From assembly GCA_038882975.1 (NCBI GenBank), contig JAVZNE010000001.1, positions 192,001 through 256,000 on the forward strand: 64,000 nucleotides of DNA. Direction: 5' to 3'. The position numbers and the translations under genes were made by a program. Shown in pieces: positions 18,249 through 29,266 of this stretch (position 1 is its first letter; the number at the start of each line of letters is the position of its first letter). This stretch comes from Candidatus Bathyarchaeia archaeon (lineage in GTDB: Archaea > Thermoproteota > Bathyarchaeia > Bathyarchaeales > Bathycorpusculaceae). The notes below the pieces were generated by a model that was given only the letters and a program-made list of their open reading frames with translations, did not search any database and was not told the origin of the DNA.

Positions 18249-21017
18249 TCATATTCTCACTATCCTCTCAACTTTTGAAATGTATCTTTTCGTAAGTAAG
18301 AGTGTGGGTATTATTGTTGAGGCGAATATTAGGGTTAGGCATGAAGCCAGAAGTGTTATGGCGTCTAGCGGGAAAACCATTCTGTATCTCACAAGCGTGT
18401 AGGCCAGCGCGGAGTTAGAAGCTGCAACATTGCCATTCACAACAATCAGACCCACCACCGCGCCTAAGACAACCGCGAAGGTGACGACGGCCATATTCTC
18501 TGTGAGCAGCATAATCAAAAGTTGTTTAAAGGACAAACCACGCGACCACATTATAGAAGCCTCTTTCTTCCGTTCTTGAAGGCTTACCAACGTTGCTAAA
18601 CCCACAGCCACAGAAGCCGCCAATATTGCAAAGACAACGCCTACGCTTTGAATGTTCAGCGGCCCAACCAGTAATAGATTGCTTTGAAGTTCTTCCAGTT
18701 CTTCAGCAACTGAACGCACAGAATTAACACCGTTAATTTTTCGAATTTCAGAAGCCACCGCCGCCCCATCGGCATTCGCCTTCAACTTCACCAGAATAGT
18801 AGCAGGTGATTGCCAACCCAAATTCAGCGATTTAAAAAGCCCCATCGGAATGTACGATTGGAAATGCCACTGATATTCTTGAGGGATTTCGTGCCCAAAA
18901 AATCCGATAACCTCCAATTCCAATCTTGAATTCCCAATAGTAACCATCACAGTGTCTCCAACCTTCTTATTTAGGCTTGCCGCAGCATTCCGCTCAAGAA
19001 TAATCGTTTGATTTTTCATTTTCATAGACTGGAAGGCTTTTTCTGCATTGTTGCCGCTGAACCAGTCTTCTTCATAATAGGCTGTTGAAGGCCAAGTTTC
19101 TGGGTCAACAGCGATAATTTGCCTCGAATTGCCATCTGAAAATACTCCAGCGATGGAATATTGAATGGTTAGAGACGCTATCTCGTTCATATTTTTTATG
19201 GTCTTTTGAACCTCCGTTATGTTGGCTGTTGGGCCCAATGAGACGCTTATGTCTGCGCCCACCTCGGCTTTGATTCTGCGGATTGTGTAGTCTTGGCTGC
19301 TGGCAACTCCCCCTATAGTTTGGAAGCTGTAGCCCACAATCAATGCCACTAGGAAGGCTACTGAAGCGGCTCTAGCAGGGTTTCTCTGAACGCTTTTTGT
19401 GGCGAAAGTTCCCAAATCGCCCAGAAACTTCGCTGCTCGAGCCACCAGCTCTTGAAACTTTAGAGAGCCCCGAATGAAAATCTTTGTGAAACCCCAGAAA
19501 AAGAGTAGCGGTCCAATGTATGTAAGGGCGGAATCTATGGCAATCCATATGGCCAAAAGTATTAAGAGGAATATGTTAGTGAAAGGTGGAGGTCGTCCCG
19601 TGAAAACTTGGACCAAGTTTATGCCGAAAAGGAACATGACAATCTTGTAGAGCCCAAGGGCGAAGGCTACCCATGGCCAACGCTGCTTGTATGGCTTAAC
19701 CTCCTCTATGTAAGTGTATTCCCTAAGGGCCTCTACTGTTGGAAGTTTTGCGGCCCTCCGCGAGGGGCTGAAGGTGGAGAAAAGGGTTATGGCTAAGCCA
19801 AAAATTACGGTTAAAATTATGATTTCCGTACTTAAAACTGGTGATGCCATTTCCAGTCCCCCACTTGCCGCAGCGAAGAGGGGAGCAACTGCAAAACCCA
19901 GTCCCACCCCTGCCAGCCCGCCTAGTATTCCGATTATTATCGACTCCGTTAGGAATAGCCTAAACAATTGAGCGTTCGAGAAACCTTTCGTTAAAAGCAA
20001 GCCAATTTCCCGTCTTCGCAGGTTGTAGGAGACATCTGAAACAGTTGATCCAACATACCAAGCCACAAAAAAGACCGGAAGCGCCACAATGATAAAAGCG
20101 AACCGCATGGTTATGCTTGTCGTATAGAAGGTCATAAGGGCCATTCCAAGGTTGTCGGTAACATACATGCCGCTGTATTTGGCAACTTTTTCACCAATTT
20201 GAAACTTAACCTTTTCAAAAGCCTCCATCGAACTGGGAATGTCCCAAGGGTTGATAAACCGCTCTCTGTCTACATAGACTAGAATCTGTGTTGAAAATGG
20301 AAGACTGTAGTATGGTATATCTTTTGGAACATCGTCCAGAAGCCTTGCGAAGGTTTCCTCCCAGCTTATAATGAGGAGCAAATCACCATGAAAAATGCCG
20401 GTTCTGTAATCATCCCGCAGTATCATTATAGGTGGACTCCATTCACCAGTGGCGATTGAATAAGCCTTGCCATCAAGCTCTACAAAGCCCATAACCATCA
20501 GGGACAAAACAGCAAAAGTCTCTTCCCGCTGGCTTCGATATGAATAATATGTGAGATTTAAGGTGATTATGTCGCCCAACTTCATTTTATTAGCTGCTTT
20601 TGAACCAACCCAAACATAAGTTTCATTCACCCCAAGTGCGCCTTCTCCGTTTACTATGCTAAGCCCCTCATAAACTATTGAGGTGGATGATATGGCAGCA
20701 ACCATTACCACAGTGTAATTTTCGTCAAATTTTATAGTTGAAGTGAGTCTTGAGATAACCTCAGCACCCCTTACCCCTTCAACTTGCCTAATGTCGTTAG
20801 CCGCTTTTTTCCAATCGCTGGAGCTGATGGTTGAGCTGCTGCCAACACTTATATCAACGGGGATTCGTTCTAGCTGCTGCAAGAGGGCAGCCCTTGCTGT
20901 TGTATCGGCGCCGATATTTATGCCAGCGAAAAAGGACGAGGCAAGAATGACTCCTAACAGCAGTGCCGCGAAAAGCCCGAAAGAACGGAAAATTCGCTTT
21001 ACAGCGTACGAAATCAT
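18249..21017 (-). CDS. FtsX/MacB-like ABC permease (duplicated)
   Basis: Two FtsX modules (RRREIGLL..G.S; ERKKEASIM.SRG.S) with large extracellular loops. Confidence 0.88.
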   Translation of the reverse strand: MISYAVKRIFRSFGLFAALLLGVILASSFFAGINIGADTTARAALLQQLERIPVDISVGSSSTISSSDWKKAANDIRQVEGVRGAEVISRLTSTIKFDENYTVVMVAAISSTSIVYEGLSIVNGEGALGVNETYVWVGSKAANKMKLGDIITLNLTYYSYRSQREETFAVLSLMVMGFVELDGKAYSIATGEWSPPIMILRDDYRTGIFHGDLLLIISWEETFARLLDDVPKDIPYYSLPFSTQILVYVDRERFINPWDIPSSMEAFEKVKFQIGEKVAKYSGMYVTDNLGMALMTFYTTSITMRFAFIIVALPVFFVAWYVGSTVSDVSYNLRRREIGLLLTKGFSNAQLFRLFLTESIIIGILGGLAGVGLGFAVAPLFAAASGGLEMASPVLSTEIIILTVIFGLAITLFSTFSPSRRAAKLPTVEALREYTYIEEVKPYKQRWPWVAFALGLYKIVMFLFGINLVQVFTGRPPPFTNIFLLILLAIWIAIDSALTYIGPLLFFWGFTKIFIRGSLKFQELVARAAKFLGDLGTFATKSVQRNPARAASVAFLVALIVGYSFQTIGGVASSQDYTIRRIKAEVGADISVSLGPTANITEVQKTIKNMNEIASLTIQYSIAGVFSDGNSRQIIAVDPETWPSTAYYEEDWFSGNNAEKAFQSMKMKNQTIILERNAAASLNKKVGDTVMVTIGNSRLELEVIGFFGHEIPQEYQWHFQSYIPMGLFKSLNLGWQSPATILVKLKANADGAAVASEIRKINGVNSVRSVAEELEELQSNLLLVGPLNIQSVGVVFAILAASVAVGLATLVSLQERKKEASIMWSRGLSFKQLLIMLLTENMAVVTFAVVLGAVVGLIVVNGNVAASNSALAYTLVRYRMVFPLDAITLLASCLTLIFASTIIPTLLLTKRYISKVERIVRI

Positions 21018-21126
21018 CCAACAGCCTCGAGTTTTCGTGGTAAAAATATCTCAACCTTGTTTATTTAAGACTATACATTAGAACATGCTTTATATCCCCA
21101 TTCGCTCCCTTTTCTATTGAAAAGCC

Positions 21127-23220
21127 ATGCCGATAACTAAAATTAGGAAAAGAGACGGCCGGATAGTTGACTTTAGCCCTGAGAGAATTAAAAATGCCAT
21201 ACACAAGGCTTTTGTAGCCGTTAAACTTGAAGACGGGGAAAAAGCTGAAAGATTAACAAGAGATGTTGTTAGCCTTTTAGAAGAAAGATTTGTAGAAAGA
21301 ATCCCTTCGGTTGAGGATGTCCAAGACGTTGTAATAGAGGTTTTAAAGAAGAGCGGTTTTGAAGAGGTTGCCTCGGAATACCAAGCCTACAGGCGAAAGA
21401 AGGAGGAGATAAGACGGCTTAGAGAAAGGCTTGGAATAGAGGAGCCTAAGCTGACAGTTAATGCCCTTGAAGTTTTGAGGAAGCGTTACCTCCGAAGGGA
21501 TGAAGCGGGCAACATAATTGAAGACCCGGCTCAAATGTTTAGGAGGGTTGCAAAAGCCATAGCTAGAATTGACCGAAAATACGGCGAAGACCCAAGGGAA
21601 AGCGAGGAAACCTTCTACAGGATGATGGCTAGGCTTGAGTTTCTCCCGAATTCGCCTACGCTCTTTAATGCTGGAACAAAACTCGGTCAGCTCTCTGCAT
21701 GTTTTGTCTTGCCAGTTGAAGATTCCTTGGACAGCATTTTCGAAGCAGTTAAGAATATGGCTTTAATCGAGAAAAGCGGCGGCGGCGTTGGCTTCGACTT
21801 TTCAAGGCTTAGGCCTAAAGGCGACATAGTCATGTCCACCAAGGGCGTGGCCTCCGGCCCGGTCAGCTTCATGCGAGTTTTCGACATTGCCACCGATGTC
21901 ATTAAGGCGGGTGGCAAAAGACGTGGTGCTATGATGGGAATTTTGCGTGTGGATCATCCAGACATTCTCGAGTTTATAACTGCAAAGCAGCAGCCGGGTT
22001 TCCTTTCAAACTTTAACATATCGGTTGCCATAACTGACGATTTTATGAAAACCCTTGAGGAGGATGGCGAATACTGGCTAATAAACCCAAGAAATAAGGA
22101 AAGAACGGGAAAGCTCAAGGCAAGGGAGGTTTGGGACCTAATAGCGAGGTCTGCCTGGGCAAGCGGTGATCCTGGCATCGTATTCATAGACGAGATTAAT
22201 AGGCATAACCCCACACCAGAAGTAGGAAGGATAGAGTCAACTAACCCATGTGGAGAACAGCCACTCCTGCCCTACGAGTCATGCAATTTGGGGTCAATTA
22301 ATCTTTCACGCATGGTTGAGGATGGAAAAATTAATTGGGAGAAGCTTAGGGAAACTGTTGGGAATGCTGTCCATTTTTTGGACAATGTTATAGATGCAAA
22401 CAGGTATCCGATAAGGGAAATAGAGAAAATTACAAAGGCTAATAGGAAGATAGGCTTGGGCGTGATGGGTTTTGCAGACATGCTAATTAAGCTTGGCATA
22501 CCCTACAATTCTGAACAAGCCTTGGAGCTTGCGGAAAAACTGATGAAGTTCATCGACGAGGAAGCCCATAAAAAGTCTGAGGAAATTGCCGAGAAAAGGG
22601 GCTCATTTCCAAATTTCGACAAGAGCATTTGGAAGGACAAGTATAGGGCTATGAGAAACACCACAGTCACAACAATAGCCCCAACTGGAAGCATAAGCAT
22701 AATTGCGGGGTGCTCATCCGGAATTGAGCCGCTTTTCGCCGTATCCTTCATAAGAAACGTCTTGGATGGGACGAGGCTTTTTGAAACGAACCCGTTGTTT
22801 GAAATTGTAGCGAAGGAAAGAGGCTTTTATGATGCGCATCTCCTTGAGGAGATAGCAAAAACCGGTTCTGTTCAAAAGATAGACAAGGTTCCAGAAGATG
22901 TCAAAAAGGTTTTTGTAACAGCCTTAGACATAGAGCCTGAGTGGCATGTGAGGATGCAAGCGGCTTTCCAGAAGTACACAGATAACGCTGTTTCAAAAAC
23001 CGTTAACATGCCCTTTGAGGCAACCGTCGAGGACGTCAGAAAAGTGTTTGAGCTTGCTTGGAAACTGAAATGTAAGGGTGTAACTGTTTTCCGTTACGGA
23101 AGCAGGCCGGAGCAAGTCCTATACATTGGGGAAGTTAAAACCGCTGAAAAGAGATTTATTTCGGCGGATTCAGAGTATGCTGGAGGTTGCCCAACAAAAA
23201 CCTGTCCATTCCCCGGATAA
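21127..23220 (+). CDS. nrdJ: class II (B12-dependent) ribonucleotide reductase with ATP cone
   Basis: [11 protein letters not shown] cone, [32 protein letters not shown]-terminal CxxxxC. Confidence 0.93.
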   Translation: MPITKIRKRDGRIVDFSPERIKNAIHKAFVAVKLEDGEKAERLTRDVVSLLEERFVERIPSVEDVQDVVIEVLKKSGFEEVASEYQAYRRKKEEIRRLRERLGIEEPKLTVNALEVLRKRYLRRDEAGNIIEDPAQMFRRVAKAIARIDRKYGEDPRESEETFYRMMARLEFLPNSPTLFNAGTKLGQLSACFVLPVEDSLDSIFEAVKNMALIEKSGGGVGFDFSRLRPKGDIVMSTKGVASGPVSFMRVFDIATDVIKAGGKRRGAMMGILRVDHPDILEFITAKQQPGFLSNFNISVAITDDFMKTLEEDGEYWLINPRNKERTGKLKAREVWDLIARSAWASGDPGIVFIDEINRHNPTPEVGRIESTNPCGEQPLLPYESCNLGSINLSRMVEDGKINWEKLRETVGNAVHFLDNVIDANRYPIREIEKITKANRKIGLGVMGFADMLIKLGIPYNSEQALELAEKLMKFIDEEAHKKSEEIAEKRGSFPNFDKSIWKDKYRAMRNTTVTTIAPTGSISIIAGCSSGIEPLFAVSFIRNVLDGTRLFETNPLFEIVAKERGFYDAHLLEEIAKTGSVQKIDKVPEDVKKVFVTALDIEPEWHVRMQAAFQKYTDNAVSKTVNMPFEATVEDVRKVFELAWKLKCKGVTVFRYGSRPEQVLYIGEVKTAEKRFISADSEYAGGCPTKTCPFPG

Positions 23221-23247
23221 GAAATACGGTTTCAAGGGTGATGCCTC

Positions 23248-24648
23248 GTGAAAACTTCGTTAGGCTTTGTTAACGAAGAGAACATGAGCATGTTAACAGA
23301 CCTTTATGAGCTTACAATGTGTGCAAGCTACTTTGACAATAAGAGACTTGAACCAGCCACCTTCGACCTCTTCATAAGACGTTTGCCCCCGAACCGCTCA
23401 TACTTTCTATTTGCCGGCTTAGAACAAGTCCTACTGTTTCTGGAAAGGATGCGGTTCACAGAAGAGCACATAAAATTCTTGAGAAGCCAAGGGTTCAAAG
23501 AGGATTTCCTCGACTATTTAAGGAATTTCAGGTTTAGTGGCGATGTTTGGGCTGTTCCAGAGGGCACCGTAGTTTTCCCCAACGAGCCGCTGATTAGGGT
23601 TACAGCCCCAATAATAGAGGCGCAGCTGATAGAAACCTTCATTTTAAACACTATTAATCTCCAAACCACAATAGCCACTAAAGCCTCTAGAGTTATTTAT
23701 GCCGCTCAAGGTAGGTCTGTAATCGAGTTTGGCTTGAGAAGGGAACATGGAACAGATGCCGGAATGAAAGTTGCCCGCGCAAGCTACATTGCTGGTTGTA
23801 ATGGCACATCAAATGTTCTGGCCGGAATGTTGTATGGCATACCTGTTTTCGGGACTATGGCGCACTCCTTTGTCATGTTCTTCGACAACGAAATAGAGTC
23901 TTTTAGGGCTTTTGCAAAAACCTTCCCTGACAAGTCAACTTTGCTGATAGATACTTTTGATAACATTAAGGGCGCGGAAAACGCCATAACCGTCGCTAAA
24001 GAACTGGAAAAAATGGGGTTTAGGCTTCGCGGAGTGCGCATTGACAGCGGAGACCTTGTGGAGATAAGCCGAAAGGTTAGGAAAATGCTTGACGATAATG
24101 GGCTTGGTTATGTGCAGATATTTGCAAGCGGAGACCTCGACGAATATAGAATAGAGGAGTTGCTAAGCAAAGGCGCAAAAATAGACGCCTTCGGCGTTGG
24201 CACACGCATGGGAACATCCGCAGACAGACCCTATGTTGACATAATCTACAAACTATGCGAAAAGATGAACGAGAAGGGCGAATTCCAGCCAATAATGAAG
24301 CTAAGCGAGAGAAAAGCCACCCTTCCAGGGAGAAAGCAGGTTTTCAGGTTTAAAGATGAGGGAGGAAAATTTGTTAAGGATGTAATCGCCCTAGAGGGCG
24401 AAGATGTTGGCGGTGAACCGCTTCTTGTCAAGGTTATAGAGAAAGGCAGAATAGTCTATGATTTGCCATCTCTTGAAGAGATAAGGAAAAGAGCAATAAA
24501 TAACCTTTCAATGCTTCCAGAAAAATACAAGAGGCTTAGGGGCGCAGCCAAATACCCGGTTGAGTTGAGCCCCAAGCTTAAGAGGCTAATAAAGGATTTA
24601 AAGGAAAAACTGAAAAAGGTTGAAGGCGTCTATCCTAGCCAAAATTAG
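23248..24648 (+). CDS. pncB: nicotinate phosphoribosyltransferase
   Basis: LTDLYELTM, EFGLRR, GTMAHS, LIDT, RIDSGD. Confidence 0.93.
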   Translation: MKTSLGFVNEENMSMLTDLYELTMCASYFDNKRLEPATFDLFIRRLPPNRSYFLFAGLEQVLLFLERMRFTEEHIKFLRSQGFKEDFLDYLRNFRFSGDVWAVPEGTVVFPNEPLIRVTAPIIEAQLIETFILNTINLQTTIATKASRVIYAAQGRSVIEFGLRREHGTDAGMKVARASYIAGCNGTSNVLAGMLYGIPVFGTMAHSFVMFFDNEIESFRAFAKTFPDKSTLLIDTFDNIKGAENAITVAKELEKMGFRLRGVRIDSGDLVEISRKVRKMLDDNGLGYVQIFASGDLDEYRIEELLSKGAKIDAFGVGTRMGTSADRPYVDIIYKLCEKMNEKGEFQPIMKLSERKATLPGRKQVFRFKDEGGKFVKDVIALEGEDVGGEPLLVKVIEKGRIVYDLPSLEEIRKRAINNLSMLPEKYKRLRGAAKYPVELSPKLKRLIKDLKEKLKKVEGVYPSQN

Positions 24649-24668
24649 GGTACATTTCCTTTCAAAAT

Positions 24669-25214
24669 TTAGCTCGAAAACATCAGTAGGAGGTTTATGA
24701 AGGCTACTTCTAATATGGCCGCTATGAAGAATATGCCATAAACGTAGACTAGGTCTCTTGTTCTAAGGTTTCTGCTTAATGTTTTCTTCAGCGTCAGGAA
24801 AATGCCGCAACCTTCGACGATTCCTACAGGCATGCTCATGACCAGTATCGCGGGTAACACGTCCAAGCTGACTTTTCCATATATTAGGGTGCAGCCCCTC
24901 AAAATGCTCAAGAAAACAATTATTATTGTGAAGGCTATGGCGAAGGTTTGCGGGTGCTCCAAAACAATATGCGAATATTTTTCCCTTTTAAAGAACCCCG
25001 AGAGAACGAGGCTTACATAGAAGGACATGCCTAGTAGAATCATAGAGATGACAAGCACGTTATGTAGAAATATCATTCCAACGGCTAAGAGCTGGTTTTG
25101 GAGAATGTTTTTTGCCAGAATTGTGAAGAAGACGGTGTTTTCGAAAGAGGATAATAGTAGCGAGGAAAGAAAGGCTAAGCCTAACGTGATAGTGCGCTTT
25201 TTTGTCTCCGACAA
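24669..25214 (-). CDS. multi-pass membrane protein (possibly SpoIIM-like)
   Basis: About 5 TM segments; IFLHN, PVGIVE, AAILE. Confidence 0.6.
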   Translation of the reverse strand: MSETKKRTITLGLAFLSSLLLSSFENTVFFTILAKNILQNQLLAVGMIFLHNVLVISMILLGMSFYVSLVLSGFFKREKYSHIVLEHPQTFAIAFTIIIVFLSILRGCTLIYGKVSLDVLPAILVMSMPVGIVEGCGIFLTLKKTLSRNLRTRDLVYVYGIFFIAAILEVAFINLLLMFSS

Positions 25215-25235
25215 TTAATAAACCCTCGCCTTTTG

Positions 25236-25709
25236 CTAAGGCATCATGGACATAAGCCATCCAATGACCTTTTCCAATAAGCCAGCAAGCAAGCCTAGCA
25301 AACCAAATATCAAAGCTAGGAGCAGCAGGATTGCTAAGTAAATTATTACTACAAGTATGCCCACTGCCAATGCGCCAAGCCAACCGGTTTCGTAAAAACG
25401 CTTGATTAACAGGAGCCAGACAAAAATGCTTATGAGAAGTGCTATCCAGCCGGGCAGCAAAACAGCAAATACCGTAGACAAAACAGTTCCTAACAGCGAG
25501 ATTATGAAGGCATCTGAAAATAAGGCACGCCTCTTGCCAACCACGATTAGCCCTGCAATATAGAGAACGATTGTTAATACAAGGAGTTCAACAAAGAACC
25601 AGATGAGCGCAAAAAGAATGTTTAGGCCTTTCAGCAATTCAGAGCCACGCCCCTCAGCGCTTTTGAAGAGCAGAAGCAAGGCAGTTTTAACTAATAAATG
25701 CCATGTCAT
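25236..25709 (-). CDS. hypothetical membrane protein
   Basis: About 4 hydrophobic helices. Confidence 0.65.
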   Translation of the reverse strand: MTWHLLVKTALLLLFKSAEGRGSELLKGLNILFALIWFFVELLVLTIVLYIAGLIVVGKRRALFSDAFIISLLGTVLSTVFAVLLPGWIALLISIFVWLLLIKRFYETGWLGALAVGILVVIIYLAILLLLALIFGLLGLLAGLLEKVIGWLMSMMP

Positions 25710-25803
25710 TTTAAACCACCAGATGTTAGCATGGTTTAATGCAGAGAAATAAAAAGTTTGAGGATTGCCAATCTTGAAAAGTAATCTTTCTCTATGACTT
25801 AGG

Positions 25804-26085
25804 CTATTTTGTGATTTCTTCTACTTCTTTTCTGCCCTTTTCCAGCTCTTTGACTTGTTCTCCGTCTTCCTTTAGTAATAGTGTTTGGAACTCGCCCACG
25901 TGGGTTTTCTCTTCCCTCGCTATTTCTAGAAGCACTTTTCTAATGGTCTCGTTTGTTGTTGCGGCTGCTAGTTGCTCATAGAGGTTTACTGCGTCCAATT
26001 CGGCGATTATGGCAACGCGTAGTATCTCACAATCCAAAAGTTTCTCTGAAACCTTTTCAACCTTAACCGGAATCTGGGACAGCAT
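25804..26085 (-). CDS. encapsulin-associated-type half-ferritin (EncFtn/Flp-like)
   Basis: EILRVAIIAELDAVNLYEQ..IAREEKTHVGEF resembles the Pyrococcus Flp domain; start ATG at 26085. Confidence 0.8.
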   Translation of the reverse strand: MLSQIPVKVEKVSEKLLDCEILRVAIIAELDAVNLYEQLAAATTNETIRKVLLEIAREEKTHVGEFQTLLLKEDGEQVKELEKGRKEVEEITK

Positions 26086-26227
26086 ACAGTTTACTCTCCG
26101 CAGAGGTGTTTTGACATTAACATTAAAAACTTTTTTGTGCAGATTCAAAAATCGATTTCGCTTTGTAGAATACGTTCCAATATATAATATCCATTAAATA
26201 AGAAGTTATGGTTGAAGGGAGACAAAG

Positions 26228-26467
26228 ATGGATAACTCAGTGAGAGGGTTCATAGGTGCTATAACTTTTGCACTCGGCGGTGCAATGTTACTCTTTAGCC
26301 TTTACCAGATTCTTTACAACGTGGATAAGCCCTGGATTAACCAAGAATTATTTATGGTACTCTTTGTTCTTCCAATAGGTTTTGTGGCGTTTTTACTAAT
26401 TGGTTTGGGCATACTATCAATATTGAAAGCTACAAAAAGCCAAGATGTGTCAAAAGTTCAACGGTAG
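26228..26467 (+). CDS. small 2-TM protein
   Basis: Two hydrophobic helices; GGAG upstream. Confidence 0.6.
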   Translation: MDNSVRGFIGAITFALGGAMLLFSLYQILYNVDKPWINQELFMVLFVLPIGFVAFLLIGLGILSILKATKSQDVSKVQR

Positions 26468-26490
26468 TAAAGAAAGGTGGCAGATGTTCG

Positions 26491-26919
26491 TTACAGTTCT
26501 TCTGCTAGTGTTGTGAATAGGTCGTGGTGTTCCTCCTCGTCTTCTAGGATTTCTTCAAATAGGTGGGCTGTTGTTGTGTCGTTTTCTTTTCTTGCTTGGG
26601 CTATTATTTGCTTGTATAGGTTTATGGCGTTTTCCTCGTCTTTTATGTCTCGTTGTATCATTTCCTTAAGTGTTTTTCCAACAAATATCTCAGTTGGCTT
26701 TGTTGTGGGCGTCCCGCCTAAATAGAATAGCCTTTCAGCGATGGCTTCTGCATGCTTCATTTCCGTTATAGCCACTTTTTTAAGCTCTTCTTGAACCGCG
26801 AAGCCTTTGACACCACTCCATTGGACGTGTTGCCACATGTATTGTATGGAGACTTGCATCTCTCTTGCGATGGCGTCGTTCAGCATTTCCAACAATTTTT
26901 TAGAAGCCAAAATTTTCAC
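26491..26919 (-). CDS. bacterioferritin-like diiron protein
   Basis: AREMQVSIQY, EMKHAE, DEENAI..Y, EEEHH. Confidence 0.85.
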   Translation of the reverse strand: MKILASKKLLEMLNDAIAREMQVSIQYMWQHVQWSGVKGFAVQEELKKVAITEMKHAEAIAERLFYLGGTPTTKPTEIFVGKTLKEMIQRDIKDEENAINLYKQIIAQARKENDTTTAHLFEEILEDEEEHHDLFTTLAEEL

Positions 26920-27015
26920 CTCCCTTTCAGTTTTGTACTGGTTTGTTTAAAAGTTTTGCCAAAAGATGCGAAACTCTGCAAGAAAAATGGGAAATTTATG
27001 GCTTTCAATGTTAGG

Positions 27016-27495
27016 CTATCCGCCTGGTGCCCCATGGAATGGCACGTTTTTCCAGAGGATGTCCCACCAATCTTCTTCTGTTATTGTCTCGCCCTTCACG
27101 ATGATTTCTAAAACTTCTTTTAGGAGTTCATGATGCCTTTTTTCGTCGGCTAGTATGGCTGTTAGGAGGAGCTTAACCTTCTCATTTTCAACTGTTGGCA
27201 GCATGTCGTTTATCTTCTTTATGAGTTCAGCTTCGATTTGGATATGCCTCTCCACAAGGCTTCTTTGTTTGTCCAGGTGTTCCTGCGCAAGTGCCTGCTG
27301 GGTTGTGGTTAGAAGCTTCAAAGCTGCGTCGTACATCTCAGCATGTTTTAGGGAATCCAGCGAAATTCCTCTCAAAACGCCTTTAACGGAGGGATTCCTG
27401 ATGTTTTTAAGAGCTTCGTTAAGCGAATCGACAATTTCATTTTCAACTTCGATTTGTCGCTTTATGAAGGTTAAAAGCTCATTTTTTGAGGGCAT
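27016..27495 (-). CDS. ferritin-like/rubrerythrin-family protein without rubredoxin domain
   Basis: DSLKH and DEKRHH helices. Confidence 0.75.
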   Translation of the reverse strand: MPSKNELLTFIKRQIEVENEIVDSLNEALKNIRNPSVKGVLRGISLDSLKHAEMYDAALKLLTTTQQALAQEHLDKQRSLVERHIQIEAELIKKINDMLPTVENEKVKLLLTAILADEKRHHELLKEVLEIIVKGETITEEDWWDILWKNVPFHGAPGG

Positions 27496-27545
27496 TTCAG
27501 TTTCCCACTTATATTTGAACTGGATGGACTATTTTAATGTCTATG

Positions 27546-27986
27546 TTAAGCCTTGACAAGCCTCTGAGCAATTCTCCGCCCAAGTTCTCTGCACTTTTCC
27601 AAACCCGCTGCGTCCGGCGTGTACCTTATTAGCAATGGCGGTTCAGTCACGTCCATCTCAAACTTGTTCTTCAAAATTTCAATGACAAGCTTTGGGGCTT
27701 CACCGCTCCAGCCATAAGACCCGAAGGCAGCACCAACCTTTCCCTTCAAGTTTATGCCTTTTACGGCGGCTTCCTCAAAGAGCATCTTGATGTCGAGGGT
27801 TGTGTCATGGTGATATGTAGGAGCGCCAACAATTATAGCATCATACTCTTTTAATTGTTCTGGCGTTGCATGATAGGTTAACTCAACATCTATGCCTTGC
27901 ACTGTTTTTGCTCCCTCAGCCACAGCCTTAGCCATTTTCTCAGTGTTTCCAGTCCTACTATAATAGAGGATTAGGATTTTCGGCAT
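27546..27986 (-). CDS. flavodoxin (FprA C-terminal type)
   Basis: YYSRTGNTEKMA, GAPTY, FGSYGWSGEA. Confidence 0.88.
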   Translation of the reverse strand: MPKILILYYSRTGNTEKMAKAVAEGAKTVQGIDVELTYHATPEQLKEYDAIIVGAPTYHHDTTLDIKMLFEEAAVKGINLKGKVGAAFGSYGWSGEAPKLVIEILKNKFEMDVTEPPLLIRYTPDAAGLEKCRELGRRIAQRLVKA

Positions 27987-28004
27987 ATTACATCCACTAC
28001 AAGC

Positions 28005-28619
28005 TTATTTTAGTGCCTCTTCCAGTCGCCTATTAACTTCGTCCCAGTTGACAATTTTCCAGAAAGCCTCAATGAATTTGCCTCTGTCGTTCTTGTAGTC
28101 TATGTAGTAGGCGTGCTCGAAAACGTCGAGAACCATGAGGATACGGAACATTGGATAAACGTTCACGTTATGCTTCTCCACTTGCATCAGCATTAGGCGA
28201 CCAGTCTGCCTACAAAGGGTTAAGGCTGCCCATCCAGAGCCTTCAACGCTTATGGCTGTTTGGGAAAACTCCTTCTGGAAACGCTCAAAGCTTCCAAATT
28301 CTTCGGAGATTTTGTCGGCTAATTTTCCGCCGGGTTTTCCGCCGCCCTTGTCTGGCGGTGCCATGTTACCCCAAAAAAGCGAATGCAACAAGTGCCCGGC
28401 AACATTCCATGAAAGCTCTTTAAGTGTGGCTTTAACGTCTATGTCTATGTTCTCTTTTCGCGCCTTATCCAGCCGTTGGAGTATGGCGTTAGCCCCATTA
28501 ACGTAGGCTTGGTGGTGCTTGCTGTGGTGGATTCTTAACTGTTCTTCGGACATGTAGGGCTGCAAATCTCCATAACCATAAGGCAGCTGGGGCAAAGCAT
28601 ACAGTTTAGCTTGCTCCAT
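28005..28619 (-). CDS. sod: Fe/Mn superoxide dismutase
   Basis: [27 protein letters not shown]. Confidence 0.95.
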   Translation of the reverse strand: MEQAKLYALPQLPYGYGDLQPYMSEEQLRIHHSKHHQAYVNGANAILQRLDKARKENIDIDVKATLKELSWNVAGHLLHSLFWGNMAPPDKGGGKPGGKLADKISEEFGSFERFQKEFSQTAISVEGSGWAALTLCRQTGRLMLMQVEKHNVNVYPMFRILMVLDVFEHAYYIDYKNDRGKFIEAFWKIVNWDEVNRRLEEALK

Positions 28620-28638
28620 AACGCGTACACCTCCATTT

Positions 28639-28800
28639 CTAACTTTTCTTTACAAACTGGTCCTTTGGAGCGCCGCAAACTGGGCAAACCCAGTTTTCTG
28701 GTAAAGCCTCAAAGGGTGTTCCGGGTTTTATGCCGTGCTCTGGGTCTCCGACCTCGGGGTCATATACATACCCACAGATTATGCACTCCCACTTTTCCAA
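28639..28800 (-). CDS. rubredoxin (53 aa, absent from the ORF track)
   Basis: Manual translation from TTG: [53 protein letters not shown]. Confidence 0.95.
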   Translation of the reverse strand: MEKWECIICGYVYDPEVGDPEHGIKPGTPFEALPENWVCPVCGAPKDQFVKKS

Positions 28801-28816
28801 AGCCTTCAACTCCCAG

Positions 28817-29233
28817 CTATTTTTCTGTCTTAATGTTGTAGCTTACTTTGACTCCGGCTTTTTCGAAAAGCTTCCCGACCGGGCAGTTTTCCACTGTCAG
28901 CTTGAAAATCCTCTGGACCGTGTCTTCCGGGGCGTCGGTTTTGACGGTTATGTTGAAGGCTGCTTCTGTTACTGTTCCAGCCTCTTCGGATTTTATGGCT
29001 TCAAGCTTAACCTCCAAGTCTTTGAGTTGAACCCTCATTTTCTTAGCCATTAAAGCGAAGATTGTGGCGAAGCATCCGGCATAGCTCATAACGCCTAGCT
29101 CGAGGGCTGTTGGTCCCATGTCTGTTCCAAGTTCTGGCGGTAGGTCTAGGCATACGCTGTGGGCTCTTCCATTGTCAACGGCTATTCGCAGGTCCTTTAC
29201 AAGTTTGGCTGTTGAGCGAAGCTTTTGCACCAA
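28817..29233 (-). CDS. OsmC/Ohr family protein
   Basis: GPTALEL..YAGC and NCPV cysteines. Confidence 0.85.
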   Translation of the reverse strand: MVQKLRSTAKLVKDLRIAVDNGRAHSVCLDLPPELGTDMGPTALELGVMSYAGCFATIFALMAKKMRVQLKDLEVKLEAIKSEEAGTVTEAAFNITVKTDAPEDTVQRIFKLTVENCPVGKLFEKAGVKVSYNIKTEK

Positions 29234-29266
29234 ACCATATTCACCTCACATGAAATAAAGAGGAGT

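Noticed and set aside
21127-23220. Intein or intron in nrdJ (also considered for smc and tfb)
   Set aside because: Normal lengths, with no intein termini or homing-endonuclease motifs.
28611-29053. Plus-strand ORFs over the SOD-OsmC gap
   Set aside because: Explained by rubredoxin and OsmC on the minus strand.
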